Shown piece after piece: positions 44,012-53,660 of a stretch of 64,000 bases of DNA. The stretch is from a virus. The notes beneath the pieces are model-generated. The model saw only the letters and a program-made list of their open reading frames with translations, was not told the origin of the DNA and searched no databases. How positions within the stretch are numbered: the first letter of the stretch is position 1; the number at the start of each line of letters is the position of its first letter. A program made the translations under genes and the position numbers. The DNA lies in IMG/VR virus record IMGVR_UViG_3300028269_000003, positions 2,968 to 66,967 of that record; one strand, 5' to 3'.

Positions 44012-45963
44012 TATGTACCTGCCATTCTATTTAAACCATATCTACGTTCTAATGTAGGTGCGATACCACCACCACGCTGTAAGTCACGATTCATTATGCC
44101 GTATAACTGTTCAACCATAACTTTGATTGACATTGAACCGTCTGGGTTTTGTTGTTGCTGCACGTTGGCTCTAGTTCCTTCAGCTTCAACAATCTGAATG
44201 TTTACAATTTGATTTCCGCCTAGCTTACTGTTTGATGTAATGCTTCCGCTAGTGTTAGGCGTAAATAACTCCATGCCATTTTCGCCAACAATGTAGCTTT
44301 TTCCACTAGATACATTGCCGCCCATTGCTCTAGCGCCACCATAGTTTAGATATGGGTTTTGGTCTATGCTATAAGCACCAGCGTCAGAGCCTACGCCACC
44401 ATTAATAAATGAGCCTATTGCACCACCAATACTTCCTAAAAAGCCACCTATACCACCGCTAGATTCCACTGCACCACTTAATGACTTAAACAATGGGTCA
44501 AAGATATATTTCTGATTAACAAACTGAAGCAAACGCATAGACATATCTTGAATCATGTCACCAAATGAAAGTTTGCCACTTACTGAAAATTCAGCAAGTG
44601 AACGAGCCATGTCACGACTATAACCATCAATGGCATTTTTTAAATCTTCAAAGTCATTTTTTTGGCTGTCGGTCATTTCTTTGTGGATACGTTGCGCTTC
44701 TGCAAAGTTTTCATCTGCTCTGCGCTGGTTAATATCCAAATGACGTTTTGCTATTTCTTGCGAATCTTCTAAGCGTTTTTGTTCTGCGTCATATATCTGT
44801 TCATTAACCCAGATTGCTACGTTTAGACGTTTTACTTCTAAAGCGTTAGCATCTTCTGCCGCTTTTTTTCTAGCACGTTCTAAATCTTTAATGTTAGCTT
44901 TTTCTTGAACAACTACATCTTGTCTGCGTTTTCCTGAATCTGCGCCCATTACTGCACTAGGCGCTGTGATGCCACTTAACCTGCCAGCTGCTTCAATACG
45001 CATATCTTCTGCAAGTTCACTAAGCCTTGCAAATTCTTCAGTTAATTTTCCAGTTCCCCAAGTTGAAGGTGAAGTTAATACGCTGAAAAATACTTTTGTT
45101 TTCTCAGCAGCAGACCCCATTGTGATGCCTAAGTTTTCAAAGTCAAAAATTAAAGGCTTAATAACATTGTCGCCTACAAAACCTAACCCACTTGTTAAAG
45201 TATCAGCTAGTGCAACATAGGCAGGCGTTAATGATTGACCAACTGTAATGGATAAGTCTGTAAATGATTTTAATAGTTTAGCGTTAGCCCCATCTACGCC
45301 ATTTGCAGCAATAGCAGCGTTACCTAACTGACCCTCTGTTTCAGCCAATATACCGTTATATTCAGCTTGGCGTTTTTCTGCCATTGTTAAGTCATTGACT
45401 GACTTGTTAATTTGAGCGGCATACTCTTTCCACATCACCGAAACGTTTTTAGTGACACCAGCGTTATCAACTAATACAGAGTTTTCGTTTTTTATACCTT
45501 CTGTTGCAGACACAACAGCTTGACCAAAATCTAAAGATGCTTGACGACCAAATGCGGCAGCGTCTTTAAAACGCTCAATCATAGTTACCGCTTCTTGTGT
45601 GCTAAAACCTCTAGCCAGCAAGTTCTTAAGTGCAGTAGCCGCCTCTGTGGTGCTTAATAACCCATCTTGAGTGGTTTGCAATGCAAGGTTAAGTGTTTTT
45701 TCAACATCTTCGCCTGCGTAACGTGCAACACTAGCCAAACCATTAAGTGAATTTTGATAAGCAGTTGCCGCATTGATTGTTTGCTTAAGTGTGTAAGAAA
45801 TCACACCGAGAGCGGCAGCAGATTTTAAATAAGTTGCGCTAAGTGATTCAGTAGCAGATTCAGTTTTTTTGCTAGTGCTGCTAAAATTTGATAAGTCTTT
45901 ATCAGCAGTCTTTACTTGGCTAGTATCAACTTTAATCTGCAAGGAAGCTATATCAGTTGCCAT
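44011..45963 (-). CDS. tape measure protein (650 aa)
   Basis: DIASL.IKVD start, helical Ala-rich body, GARAMGG.V..G..YIVGENG.ELF.P. Confidence 0.92.
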   Translation of the reverse strand: MATDIASLQIKVDTSQVKTADKDLSNFSSTSKKTESATESLSATYLKSAAALGVISYTLKQTINAATAYQNSLNGLASVARYAGEDVEKTLNLALQTTQDGLLSTTEAATALKNLLARGFSTQEAVTMIERFKDAAAFGRQASLDFGQAVVSATEGIKNENSVLVDNAGVTKNVSVMWKEYAAQINKSVNDLTMAEKRQAEYNGILAETEGQLGNAAIAANGVDGANAKLLKSFTDLSITVGQSLTPAYVALADTLTSGLGFVGDNVIKPLIFDFENLGITMGSAAEKTKVFFSVLTSPSTWGTGKLTEEFARLSELAEDMRIEAAGRLSGITAPSAVMGADSGKRRQDVVVQEKANIKDLERARKKAAEDANALEVKRLNVAIWVNEQIYDAEQKRLEDSQEIAKRHLDINQRRADENFAEAQRIHKEMTDSQKNDFEDLKNAIDGYSRDMARSLAEFSVSGKLSFGDMIQDMSMRLLQFVNQKYIFDPLFKSLSGAVESSGGIGGFLGSIGGAIGSFINGGVGSDAGAYSIDQNPYLNYGGARAMGGNVSSGKSYIVGENGMELFTPNTSGSITSNSKLGGNQIVNIQIVEAEGTRANVQQQQNPDGSMSIKVMVEQLYGIMNRDLQRGGGIAPTLERRYGLNRMAGT

Positions 45964-46294
45964 TTAATAATCCCCTATCCATTGCCCTTAAAGTCATCAA
46001 TTCCCAATTAGTTAGCTTTCTGTTAGTTACCCTTAACCAAGATTCTATCTCAGTGCAACTAATTGGGTTTGCGTTCATGCCGTATTGCCTAGTAAAACTT
46101 AAATCAGAAAACAAACCTATAAGATATTTTACTTTATTTGGCACATTTGGTGATATTAATTCGTCAGGCATCTTGCGTGTACGTTTATACACAGCCTGTA
46201 AATGTTCTCGTAAAGTATGACCATCTTTTTGTTTAACGTTTAACTTTGTTTCATGCTTAACAAACTCTACGAGAGAATCTGTTAAGCCTTGATA
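45953..46294 (-). CDS. tail assembly chaperone, -1 frameshift extension (gpT-like)
   Basis: open -1 frame from the slippery site; L.EHL..V...G.NPI...EI..W......WE...LR.MD. Confidence 0.8.
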   Translation of the reverse strand, partial: YQGLTDSLVEFVKHETKLNVKQKDGHTLREHLQAVYKRTRKMPDELISPNVPNKVKYLIGLFSDLSFTRQYGMNANPISCTEIESWLRVTNRKLTNWELMTLRAMDRGLLNGN

Positions 46295-46710
46295 AAATTT
46301 GCTATATCCATCATCCCACGTTGCACTTGCGTTCGTATAATTGGATATTGTTTATAAATACGTTCAGCTTCATCAATGCTAAAACTTATTTCTTTTCCAT
46401 TTTCAATTAAACCTTTCCAGCCTTTAGTGTATTTAGCTAGAAATTTAGCAGTAATTTCAGCATCAAATTTATCAACTAAAATCTTGTTTTGCGCCAACTG
46501 TTTTTTAGTAGGATTTTCAGGAAGTTTATTTTCTTCTTTGTAATCCTCAATTTCAGCGAATAAAATGGATAAATCATCTTGATAATTTGTTGACATAGCA
46601 CCAACCACAGTGATTTCTAAGCCCATAGGCTCGTTATCTAGTGGGTTCAATATCTTTATATCAACTCCGTTATTTGATGCGCCTATAACGTCAAGTTTTG
46701 AAATATCCAT
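46282..46710 (-). CDS. tail assembly chaperone (gpG-like)
   Basis: between tail tube and tape measure; ends ...ANFIKA. Confidence 0.85.
   Translation of the reverse strand: MDISKLDVIGASNNGVDIKILNPLDNEPMGLEITVVGAMSTNYQDDLSILFAEIEDYKEENKLPENPTKKQLAQNKILVDKFDAEITAKFLAKYTKGWKGLIENGKEISFSIDEAERIYKQYPIIRTQVQRGMMDIANFIKA
46294..46300 (-). promoter_or_regulatory. -1 ribosomal slippery heptamer A AAT TTT
   Basis: X XXY YYZ in correct phase, three codons before the chaperone stop; -1 frame joins 45953..46192. Confidence 0.8.
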
Positions 46711-46718
46711 TTTTACCC

Positions 46719-47915
46719 TTATGCTGCTGAATCTTGAACAATAAGAGTTGTTTTATCTTCACCAGTGCCTGTGTCATTAAACAATGCTTGATAACTGATA
46801 GTTTGCACTAACCCTTTTTCACCGTCATCTTTTGTTGCAGAACCTAATTTAACTCTAGGCATTACAAATGATACAAAGTCGGGGTTTTTAGCATTTGAAG
46901 TCGTAAACACAAACATCAATGCGACTTCATCTTCATCAATGAAAGCATCACGCAAATCACCGTTTTCAAAGAAAGCTGTCAATTCACCTGTTACTACCAC
47001 ACGACCTTCAAAAATGTCTGGGTAAGTGTTTGAGCCTACAACTGGTTCAGCACTCATATTACCTGCAACGTTAATAGTTAGACCAGTCAATACTGTTTGA
47101 CGTGAGCCTAAAGCGTATGCCAAGCCGTTTACAGACGCTAATATGCCTGTGTTAGTAGTAGCAGTAGGGCTGGTAAAATATTCAGCCTGCGCTGTTGTAA
47201 TATCTTTACCCATAAAGTCAATGCCGATTGTAGCCATACCAGTAGGTGGTAAAGCCACATTAACTGAGTTTACCTTGCATCCAGTAAACAATTCAGATTC
47301 ATCAACATCATCATGGAAGTGTTCAATACTGAATGAATCGTCAGTTTGTGCTGTTTCAGGGGTGTAAGATTTTTTACCAACTACTGAAATTGTAACTGTA
47401 TCGCCAGCAACTTCATCTGTCAGCACTACACCATCCAGCGGAACGATATTCAATGTGCCAGCCGCAACACCAGTGACTAAGCAATAATGGTCATTGTTGT
47501 TTGCGGTAGTGAAACCTGTCGCTGAGATAACGTCACCAACTTTAAAGCCGTCAGTTACAAAGCCGCTTGATGAATCTGTTAATGTTGTGCCTGTGCCTGC
47601 TACTGCGTAAGTAGTGCCTGCGCCAGTAGATGCGCCTGCTACAAAGTCTTTACGCAAAGCAGCCGCAATAAACTGTGAATAAGTCTTAGGTGATAATTCA
47701 CCATTGATTGAACCAGCAACACTACGCACACCATGACGATAATCTGCCACTTGATAATCAGTACGAATTTCTGCTGATTGATATGCTTCTTTAGTTAATG
47801 ATAAGTCTGAAGTCACTCTGCGGAGTAATTGACCGCCAGTTGCACCAGCAGCCACACCCCAAGTTGTTTCTTTTTTAAATCTGACCTGTTTAGCTACGCC
47901 TGTCGCTAATGCCAT
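46719..47915 (-). CDS. major tail tube protein
   Basis: KKE.TWG...LRR...S.EIR.D.Q....RHG..SV.G.INGELS; strong RBS; no sheath gene nearby. Confidence 0.88.
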   Translation of the reverse strand: MALATGVAKQVRFKKETTWGVAAGATGGQLLRRVTSDLSLTKEAYQSAEIRTDYQVADYRHGVRSVAGSINGELSPKTYSQFIAAALRKDFVAGASTGAGTTYAVAGTGTTLTDSSSGFVTDGFKVGDVISATGFTTANNNDHYCLVTGVAAGTLNIVPLDGVVLTDEVAGDTVTISVVGKKSYTPETAQTDDSFSIEHFHDDVDESELFTGCKVNSVNVALPPTGMATIGIDFMGKDITTAQAEYFTSPTATTNTGILASVNGLAYALGSRQTVLTGLTINVAGNMSAEPVVGSNTYPDIFEGRVVVTGELTAFFENGDLRDAFIDEDEVALMFVFTTSNAKNPDFVSFVMPRVKLGSATKDDGEKGLVQTISYQALFNDTGTGEDKTTLIVQDSAA

Positions 47916-47930
47916 AATAATTTCCTTTCT

Positions 47931-48344
47931 TTAAAAAACATCAGCCTGATAACGAATAGAAACAGGCAAAATATACCAGCCTTCAACATTTAAAGCAGGG
48001 TTAATGCTTGGGCTGTTTAATACTCTAACTACAATTTGACCTACTGTAAATGACTGTCCTCTAGCAAAATAATTTAGCAAGCTATCAGCCGTAGTAGTTG
48101 CTGTGGCAGTGCCGTCACCTTCTTTAAGATAAATGCTTGCTTGCAAGATGCCTACGTAGCGTTTGTGTGCATCACCTAGTGATGGGTTTTCAGTTTCAGC
48201 AGGCAGCAAGTTTAACCTTAAATAAGCAGTATTTTGTGCAGGCTTATAAGGTACGTTTTCCCATGCAATAGGAAAGTTAGCGTTAGCTGCTGACCATGCG
48301 CCAACTGCAACTTCTAATGCTTGTCTGACCGATTTAACACTCAT
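47931..48344 (-). CDS. tail terminator (DUF4128-like)
   Basis: IAWENV...YLR..LLP...G..Q...F.RG...PVSI.Y. Confidence 0.8.
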   Translation of the reverse strand: MSVKSVRQALEVAVGAWSAANANFPIAWENVPYKPAQNTAYLRLNLLPAETENPSLGDAHKRYVGILQASIYLKEGDGTATATTTADSLLNYFARGQSFTVGQIVVRVLNSPSINPALNVEGWYILPVSIRYQADVF

Positions 48345-48736
48345 GCGTATTTACCTGCTATTTCCATTACTGAAATTCTAGCCATACCTTGTGGTGCTTG
48401 ACCTGAATAACCCATCTCTAAACGATAAGAATAAGGCAAGTTATTTGTAATATATATAGAATTGTCTTTAACTTCCCATTTTTTAGTTGCCGCATCTGCT
48501 TCAGTAAAAATTCCAGAGCTTGGCGCACTACCAAATGGTTGATTGTCTAATCTATCTGATTGATTTGTGTATGGGTAATTTATCCCAACATACCAGTTAC
48601 CACGAAAACGACCAGAATCTACTGGGCTTTTCTGTACAACTTTAACATACAAATCCAAAGCAATTTTACGGACTACTAATTTAGTATTGCCATTAGCTTT
48701 CTTTGTCCATTTATCTATGTCAATAGTGAAACTCAT
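48341..48736 (-). CDS. HK97 gp10-like tail completion protein
   Basis: SPVDSGRFRGNW...IYITNNLPY..RLE.G.S.QAP.GM. Confidence 0.85.
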   Translation of the reverse strand: MSFTIDIDKWTKKANGNTKLVVRKIALDLYVKVVQKSPVDSGRFRGNWYVGINYPYTNQSDRLDNQPFGSAPSSGIFTEADAATKKWEVKDNSIYITNNLPYSYRLEMGYSGQAPQGMARISVMEIAGKYA

Positions 48737-49089
48737 ACTCGAACCTGCATTTCATGTATGACTACTAACCCAGCAGGATTGATAGTTTTAATGCTAATAA
48801 TGCGATAAGTTACACCATCAAAAATAAACAAATCTGTAACGTCAGGCGTTACATCACCTTTAATGATTGCTTTTCTATCTGTAACTTCAACCATTGAATC
48901 AACTGCGTTAATCTGGCTTTGTGTGTAATTTAACAAAACCCCATAAGTAGAATAGTCATTAATGGTTATTACACTTAAACCTGTGTCTGGGTCATAATCA
49001 CCTGATGTTTGCTTTCTTAACGTGCAAGCCTTGCCTTTGCTTTCAATCAAGCGTGAGGCGGTATCTTGCAGGTTTTGATAGAAACTCAT
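48733..49089 (-). CDS. head closure/stopper protein
   Basis: FY......A.RLI...G......YDP.TG...I.PAG......QVR. Confidence 0.75.
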   Translation of the reverse strand: MSFYQNLQDTASRLIESKGKACTLRKQTSGDYDPDTGLSVITINDYSTYGVLLNYTQSQINAVDSMVEVTDRKAIIKGDVTPDVTDLFIFDGVTYRIISIKTINPAGLVVIHEMQVRV

Positions 49090-49916
49090 GCTCTTAACAC
49101 TTTACGAAATGAGCCACTAGAACCAGTAGCAAGATAAGGCGCAAGCAAATTATCTATTGCACGATATTTTGTATACTGTGGCTGTGATTTATCATATTCA
49201 ACTTCAATCACATCAACCTTTTCACGAATTGTAGCTCTAGCCAAGTCAGGTGCTAATTCACCACTGTTAGCTTTATATGCCAATTCAGCGCAAGCATTAA
49301 TAACTTCTAACGGCACATTGTCTGATGGATAATAATAATTGCCACCAAGCATTTGATAACCGTTAATTGTGCTGGCTTCGTAGTCTTCACGTTCCATAAA
49401 ATTGCGTGGAAAATCTAAAGCCTGTTCTGCGCTAACTCGAACGCCTTTCCAACGCATACGATAGACTTGCTGTAAGTAATCAGTTGCTTGCACTAGCAAA
49501 CTTTGTCTTTCGCCTGCTGTAATTAAAGCCCAAGATAGATTCCCACGTTTTGCGTGATAATCATTAGCATCATCAAGGCTACATAATGAGATAGCGTCTG
49601 TTTTACCAGTACCATCTTCAACAATAAACCAATCGCCCAAAACAGTAATTGTTTCAGCAGTTGTTGCAGAAGTTGAGCCTGTGTTATTTGTAGCCGTTAT
49701 AACGCATTGAAGTTGATGGTCTGTATCATCAGCAATAACGACATAATGAGAAAGAGTTGCGCCTGCAATATTTTCAACATTAGCATTAACTCTTTGCCAT
49801 TGATAAGAGTAAGAAGTAACACCACCAGTCCATGTACCATTACTTACAGACAAAGTTTCACCAACGGCAACAGTTCCGCTAATGACTGGGAGAACGGTAT
49901 TGACTGGAGCTGCCAT
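49086..49916 (-). CDS. head-tail adaptor with N-terminal Ig-like domain
   Basis: PVNTVLPVISG...VGETL..SNGTW..YSYQW Ig domain fused to IVEDGTG...QALDFPR...EKVD.IEVEY adaptor. Confidence 0.8.
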   Translation of the reverse strand: MAAPVNTVLPVISGTVAVGETLSVSNGTWTGGVTSYSYQWQRVNANVENIAGATLSHYVVIADDTDHQLQCVITATNNTGSTSATTAETITVLGDWFIVEDGTGKTDAISLCSLDDANDYHAKRGNLSWALITAGERQSLLVQATDYLQQVYRMRWKGVRVSAEQALDFPRNFMEREDYEASTINGYQMLGGNYYYPSDNVPLEVINACAELAYKANSGELAPDLARATIREKVDVIEVEYDKSQPQYTKYRAIDNLLAPYLATGSSGSFRKVLRA

Positions 49917-50128
49917 TATTCAATCCTTACAATAGATTTATGTTTTAACTGAAACCTAACTGCATATTCGCTAGTTTCAAATATTTCACCTATTTTACGA
50001 CCATCAACTGGCTTGACGACTTTAACTTTAATCAAACCGTTATTTTGTTTCGGCAATTCTATCACTTCATTAATTTCTTGTGTAATAACTTTTTGTTGTG
50101 TAACAACTTTTGATTTAGTTCTAGCCAT
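49916..50128 (-). CDS. small head-region protein
   Basis: KVKVV...IGE......VR.QLKHKS, similar to the C-terminus of the upstream gene. Confidence 0.6.
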   Translation of the reverse strand: MARTKSKVVTQQKVITQEINEVIELPKQNNGLIKVKVVKPVDGRKIGEIFETSEYAVRFQLKHKSIVRIE

Positions 50129-50816
50129 TTAGAATCTCCAGAGATTTATGTTTAATTTGCAATCTAACTTCATGCGCTGATACTGTTAAAACAGTGCCTA
50201 TCGGCCATTGATAGCCACGATACTCAAATGGTGCAACAACTTTAACTTTAACTTGACCTTCTAATGCTTCGCCAAATATCTGCGGTATTACAAAATCATT
50301 AAACTTTTCTGCTTTGTCGTATTGCTTAAAATATTTAGTAAGGCAACCGCTAACAACTCTGTTTTCACATTTATTATGTTTGATAAATTTTTCATGCATT
50401 TGCATGATTCGTTTATCGCCATTATAACAATCAAATCCTGCATAGATAATAGGGTGCGCTCCCATCAAGTAAGCAACCCATGATGCTATTACGCCACTGT
50501 TAAACAGATACGGATAATCAGGCCAACGGCATATTTGATACTGCCCCCAATGCCACGGACTAATTACAGGCGCATCTGAATATTGCCTTAACCAATCACG
50601 CATCCATGCTTTATTGCCTGTGTGAATATTATCCATGCAAACAATGTAATCAACTTTTCTGCGCTTTGCGCCATGCTCATTTACAGAAATGTAAACATCA
50701 GCATCAATTTGCTTTAAGTCATCATCTAGCGATTTGCCACCACCCATTATACAAATTGACTTGCCTGCATGAGCCATAATCAAATCAGATAAAGGTGCTA
50801 CTTGGTCAAACTTCAC
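50121..50816 (-). CDS. putative glycosyltransferase (Maf/DUF115, sialyltransferase-like fold)
   Basis: ICIMGGGKSL..ISVN..DY..C.D and NSG..A...A.LMGA..II.AGFD; GTGA overlap gives start 50816. Confidence 0.65.
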   Translation of the reverse strand: MKFDQVAPLSDLIMAHAGKSICIMGGGKSLDDDLKQIDADVYISVNEHGAKRRKVDYIVCMDNIHTGNKAWMRDWLRQYSDAPVISPWHWGQYQICRWPDYPYLFNSGVIASWVAYLMGAHPIIYAGFDCYNGDKRIMQMHEKFIKHNKCENRVVSGCLTKYFKQYDKAEKFNDFVIPQIFGEALEGQVKVKVVAPFEYRGYQWPIGTVLTVSAHEVRLQIKHKSLEILNG

Positions 50817-51373
50817 AGCCCAACATCCCAAGGTCTTGGCTTGCCATGAAAACATACAATATCAGCATCATCAGGTATGCCTTTTTTACAGTGATATTTC
50901 CATGAATAAACATTCATAATATCTTGCCACCGTTGGGCATCTTTAACAAATGGCAAAATAAAGCCTTGGTCACCGCTAGGCCATTTAACGTGCTTTGCCA
51001 TATTGCCTTGTGGGTCTTTTATGAAAGCATCCCAAATCTTTGCTCTAGTTTCTTGTGTAAGATACATTAAACCTGACCCGATTACATTATCATCACCGAA
51101 ATCAGTTAATACTGTATCTACATTTACATTCTCAGGTTCGTTGATAACCAAAGTGTCTAAATCATAAAACATCACATCGCCATGTATGTCTGGGCGGCAT
51201 ATTTCTATTTTTGCCCACCATTTAGCCCAGTCATACCATAAAGATAGTGTTTTAATGCCTTCAATCTTCACGTCTGATAGGCATACAAGGTTTTTTACTT
51301 GGCTTGATAGTCTATGCACATGGTCAGGATTAAAATCGCCACCAGAGCGCAATACGCAAATATTAGTAATCAT
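50813..51373 (-). CDS. GT-A glycosyltransferase (GT8-like)
   Basis: WWAK.E, DxD motif YDLD, GDQGFI, CFHGKPRPW. Confidence 0.85.
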   Translation of the reverse strand: MITNICVLRSGGDFNPDHVHRLSSQVKNLVCLSDVKIEGIKTLSLWYDWAKWWAKIEICRPDIHGDVMFYDLDTLVINEPENVNVDTVLTDFGDDNVIGSGLMYLTQETRAKIWDAFIKDPQGNMAKHVKWPSGDQGFILPFVKDAQRWQDIMNVYSWKYHCKKGIPDDADIVCFHGKPRPWDVGL

Positions 51374-51888
51374 TCAAACACCATTAAATCTAAATCAGTG
51401 TTATATCTTGGATATGGCACTTTGATAATGTTAGGCACTTTGCCAATCATGTTTATATATTCTGATATGTCACGATTAAAAACAGGTGGGGTGCCTTTCC
51501 TGCGCCATTTCCTACCTGTAATTTCACCAATAACTATGCGTTCATAGTTTTTCATTATTTCAATAACTGACTCTATTTCATCATCAGGAATATGTAAAAG
51601 AACTGTATAAGCAAGCACGGTGTCAGCAGGCTTCCATTCATTAACATATTTATATCTTGGATTGTTTATTTTAGCCTGTTTTAAAGCGTGTGTATTTATA
51701 TCGTAACCTTGATACATTAAAGAATTAAAGTAAGGCGATAAACGACCATCACCGCACCCAAATTCAAACACATAACCTCTACACGCCATCTGCAATGCAC
51801 GTTCTAATCCAATCTCAGGATAACGTTCGTTAGGCGGTGTAATATGGTCTAAATCAATGTTGTTTAGCCAGTAATCTTTTGTACTCAT
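51370..51888 (-). CDS. class I SAM-dependent methyltransferase
   Basis: VFEFGCGDGR, GYDIN, D.V..YTVLLHIPD. Confidence 0.85.
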   Translation of the reverse strand: MSTKDYWLNNIDLDHITPPNERYPEIGLERALQMACRGYVFEFGCGDGRLSPYFNSLMYQGYDINTHALKQAKINNPRYKYVNEWKPADTVLAYTVLLHIPDDEIESVIEIMKNYERIVIGEITGRKWRRKGTPPVFNRDISEYINMIGKVPNIIKVPYPRYNTDLDLMVFE

Positions 51889-51892
51889 AAGC

Positions 51893-51927
51893 AAAAAGGG
51901 AGAAAGCCAATTAAGACAATCTCCCTT
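51893..51927 (-). terminator. intrinsic terminator after major capsid gene
   Basis: AAGGGAGA...TCTCCC followed by TTTTT on the - strand. Confidence 0.7.
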
Positions 51928-51947
51928 CCGTTCCCCTTACTTTATCA

Positions 51948-52916
51948 CTAAGCTGCTTGGCTCAATGTAAGTACACCAGCGGTGTGTTTGATTGATGTAG
52001 CAGTTTTTGTCCAATTACTTCCTGTTGCCAATTCAGCATCAGTTGGGGATTTAACTGAAGTTGACCAGCTATAACCTTTAAGACCTAGACCAAATGTGTA
52101 ATCAGCTTGGAATGTAGTCTTAATGCGTTGTGAGCCGTTGACTGTTTCAATGTTAGTTACCAAGTCGCCTGCATTGTGGCAAACAATACCACCAGCAGCC
52201 AATGACAATACTTTGATGTCATTAGTTGCAGTAGCTGGAGTTTCACGCAATGCTGGTGCGTCAGTTACAACAATACGTTTGCCAAGAATATCAACAACAG
52301 TAACGTTACCTGCAACAAACAATTGTGAAGCATTAGTCAAGTTCAAGCCAACCAAAGCATGGTAAGTTGCCCCATCCATTACGTCAGCAACAAGCAACTG
52401 TGAAGAATCACCAAACAAAGCGTGACCTTGATTAATGTCTGCATAAGTAATTGCACGCCCAGTGCCAGTATCATAAACCGCAGTAGCACCTACGTTTTCG
52501 ATTGCTGCAACAGCAGAAGCGATACCTGCGTTCAACATATCTTTAACGATAGATTCTGACAAGTTTTGTGAGATGGCTGCCAATGCTGCTTGTGGGTTTG
52601 TGCGAATCCATGATAACTGTGCAGGTTCCCATGCAATAGGACCAAATCCACCAGCCACTTTTACAGTATTGTCTTGCAATTCAGCTACGTTAGTTGCTGA
52701 TGCTGATGTGTTTGTTGCATAGCGGTCAACACGACGTTGCGCAGCGTGAAGGCTTGAGAACATAGATTTCATTAAGAAATCACCGTCGAAACCTTCAGTA
52801 GTTAATTGAATAGCACCTGCTGATGCCTCGTTAAACTTATCCACCATTTGTGAAACGGTTTCAATAGTTGCTTCCTTAACGTATTCGTTAAAGACCTTCA
52901 TATCTGATAAAGCCAT
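51948..52916 (-). CDS. major capsid protein (siphovirus unit)
   Basis: LSDM.VFNE...KFNEAS.GAI.L...LGK..VVTDAPAL...GLKGY.W....SPTDAELATG.NW; follows scaffold, followed by terminator. Confidence 0.9.
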   Translation of the reverse strand: MALSDMKVFNEYVKEATIETVSQMVDKFNEASAGAIQLTTEGFDGDFLMKSMFSSLHAAQRRVDRYATNTSASATNVAELQDNTVKVAGGFGPIAWEPAQLSWIRTNPQAALAAISQNLSESIVKDMLNAGIASAVAAIENVGATAVYDTGTGRAITYADINQGHALFGDSSQLLVADVMDGATYHALVGLNLTNASQLFVAGNVTVVDILGKRIVVTDAPALRETPATATNDIKVLSLAAGGIVCHNAGDLVTNIETVNGSQRIKTTFQADYTFGLGLKGYSWSTSVKSPTDAELATGSNWTKTATSIKHTAGVLTLSQAA

Positions 52917-52936
52917 GATAAATTCCTTTTAGTTAG

Positions 52937-53563
52937 TTAAGCCGATTCATTTAGGCCAAACTTACTACCAAAATATTCAGCACGTTCTTTTAAATTGCCG
53001 TCAATCTTGCCCTTAGTTTGACCAGAGCCGCCAGATGAACCGCCACTTGAACCACCACCGCTGTTAGCAGGTGCAGATACAAAGTATCGACCTTCTTCTG
53101 ACTTTGCCCACTCATTTACAAAATCTGCAAGTGCTTTATCGCCTACTTTAGCAATACGAGTATCACCTTCAGCTACTAATTGCACTTGACTGGCTAATGT
53201 AGATTTAACGGCTTTCAGAAATGCTGGATTGGTTACACCGACTTTAGTCAATGCTTCAGTTAATCCATTTTCAACAAGTAATTTTTGTGTAAAACCAGAT
53301 TCCGCTTCAAGTTGTTTTTGAATATTGCTTACAGCCTCGTTAGCCTTTTTCAAATCCTTTTCATACTTCGATAATTGCTCTTTATATGAATCACGTTCGC
53401 TTTCTAGTTTTTCCAAGTCCTCAGGACTTACTTGTTTACCTTTACGCAACTGCTTCACTTCGTTTAAAAGTTCATCACGCTTTTCTGCTAAAGGGCGTGT
53501 TGCTTCTTCTACTGCGTGTTTAATTGCGTCTTTAATTTCTGGGTCGTTAATATCAATAGCCAT
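52937..53563 (-). CDS. scaffolding protein
   Basis: coiled coil L..K..ELL.E.K, C-terminal SGGGS tract. Confidence 0.8.
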   Translation of the reverse strand: MAIDINDPEIKDAIKHAVEEATRPLAEKRDELLNEVKQLRKGKQVSPEDLEKLESERDSYKEQLSKYEKDLKKANEAVSNIQKQLEAESGFTQKLLVENGLTEALTKVGVTNPAFLKAVKSTLASQVQLVAEGDTRIAKVGDKALADFVNEWAKSEEGRYFVSAPANSGGGSSGGSSGGSGQTKGKIDGNLKERAEYFGSKFGLNESA

Positions 53564-53570
53564 GTTATGT

Positions 53571-53624
53571 TCCCTCAGGGATGTTGTGGACTCAGTCCGA
53601 AAATAAATATATTAGGCTCAGCCT
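53571..53624 (-). promoter_or_regulatory. three C-UGA-G triloop hairpins in the scaffold leader
   Basis: TCCC-TCA-GGGA, GGAC-TCA-GTCC, AGGC-TCA-GCCT; one overlaps the RBS. Confidence 0.6.
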
Positions 53625-53660
53625 TAATATCATATTGTTATATTAAACCTTTTTTTATGT

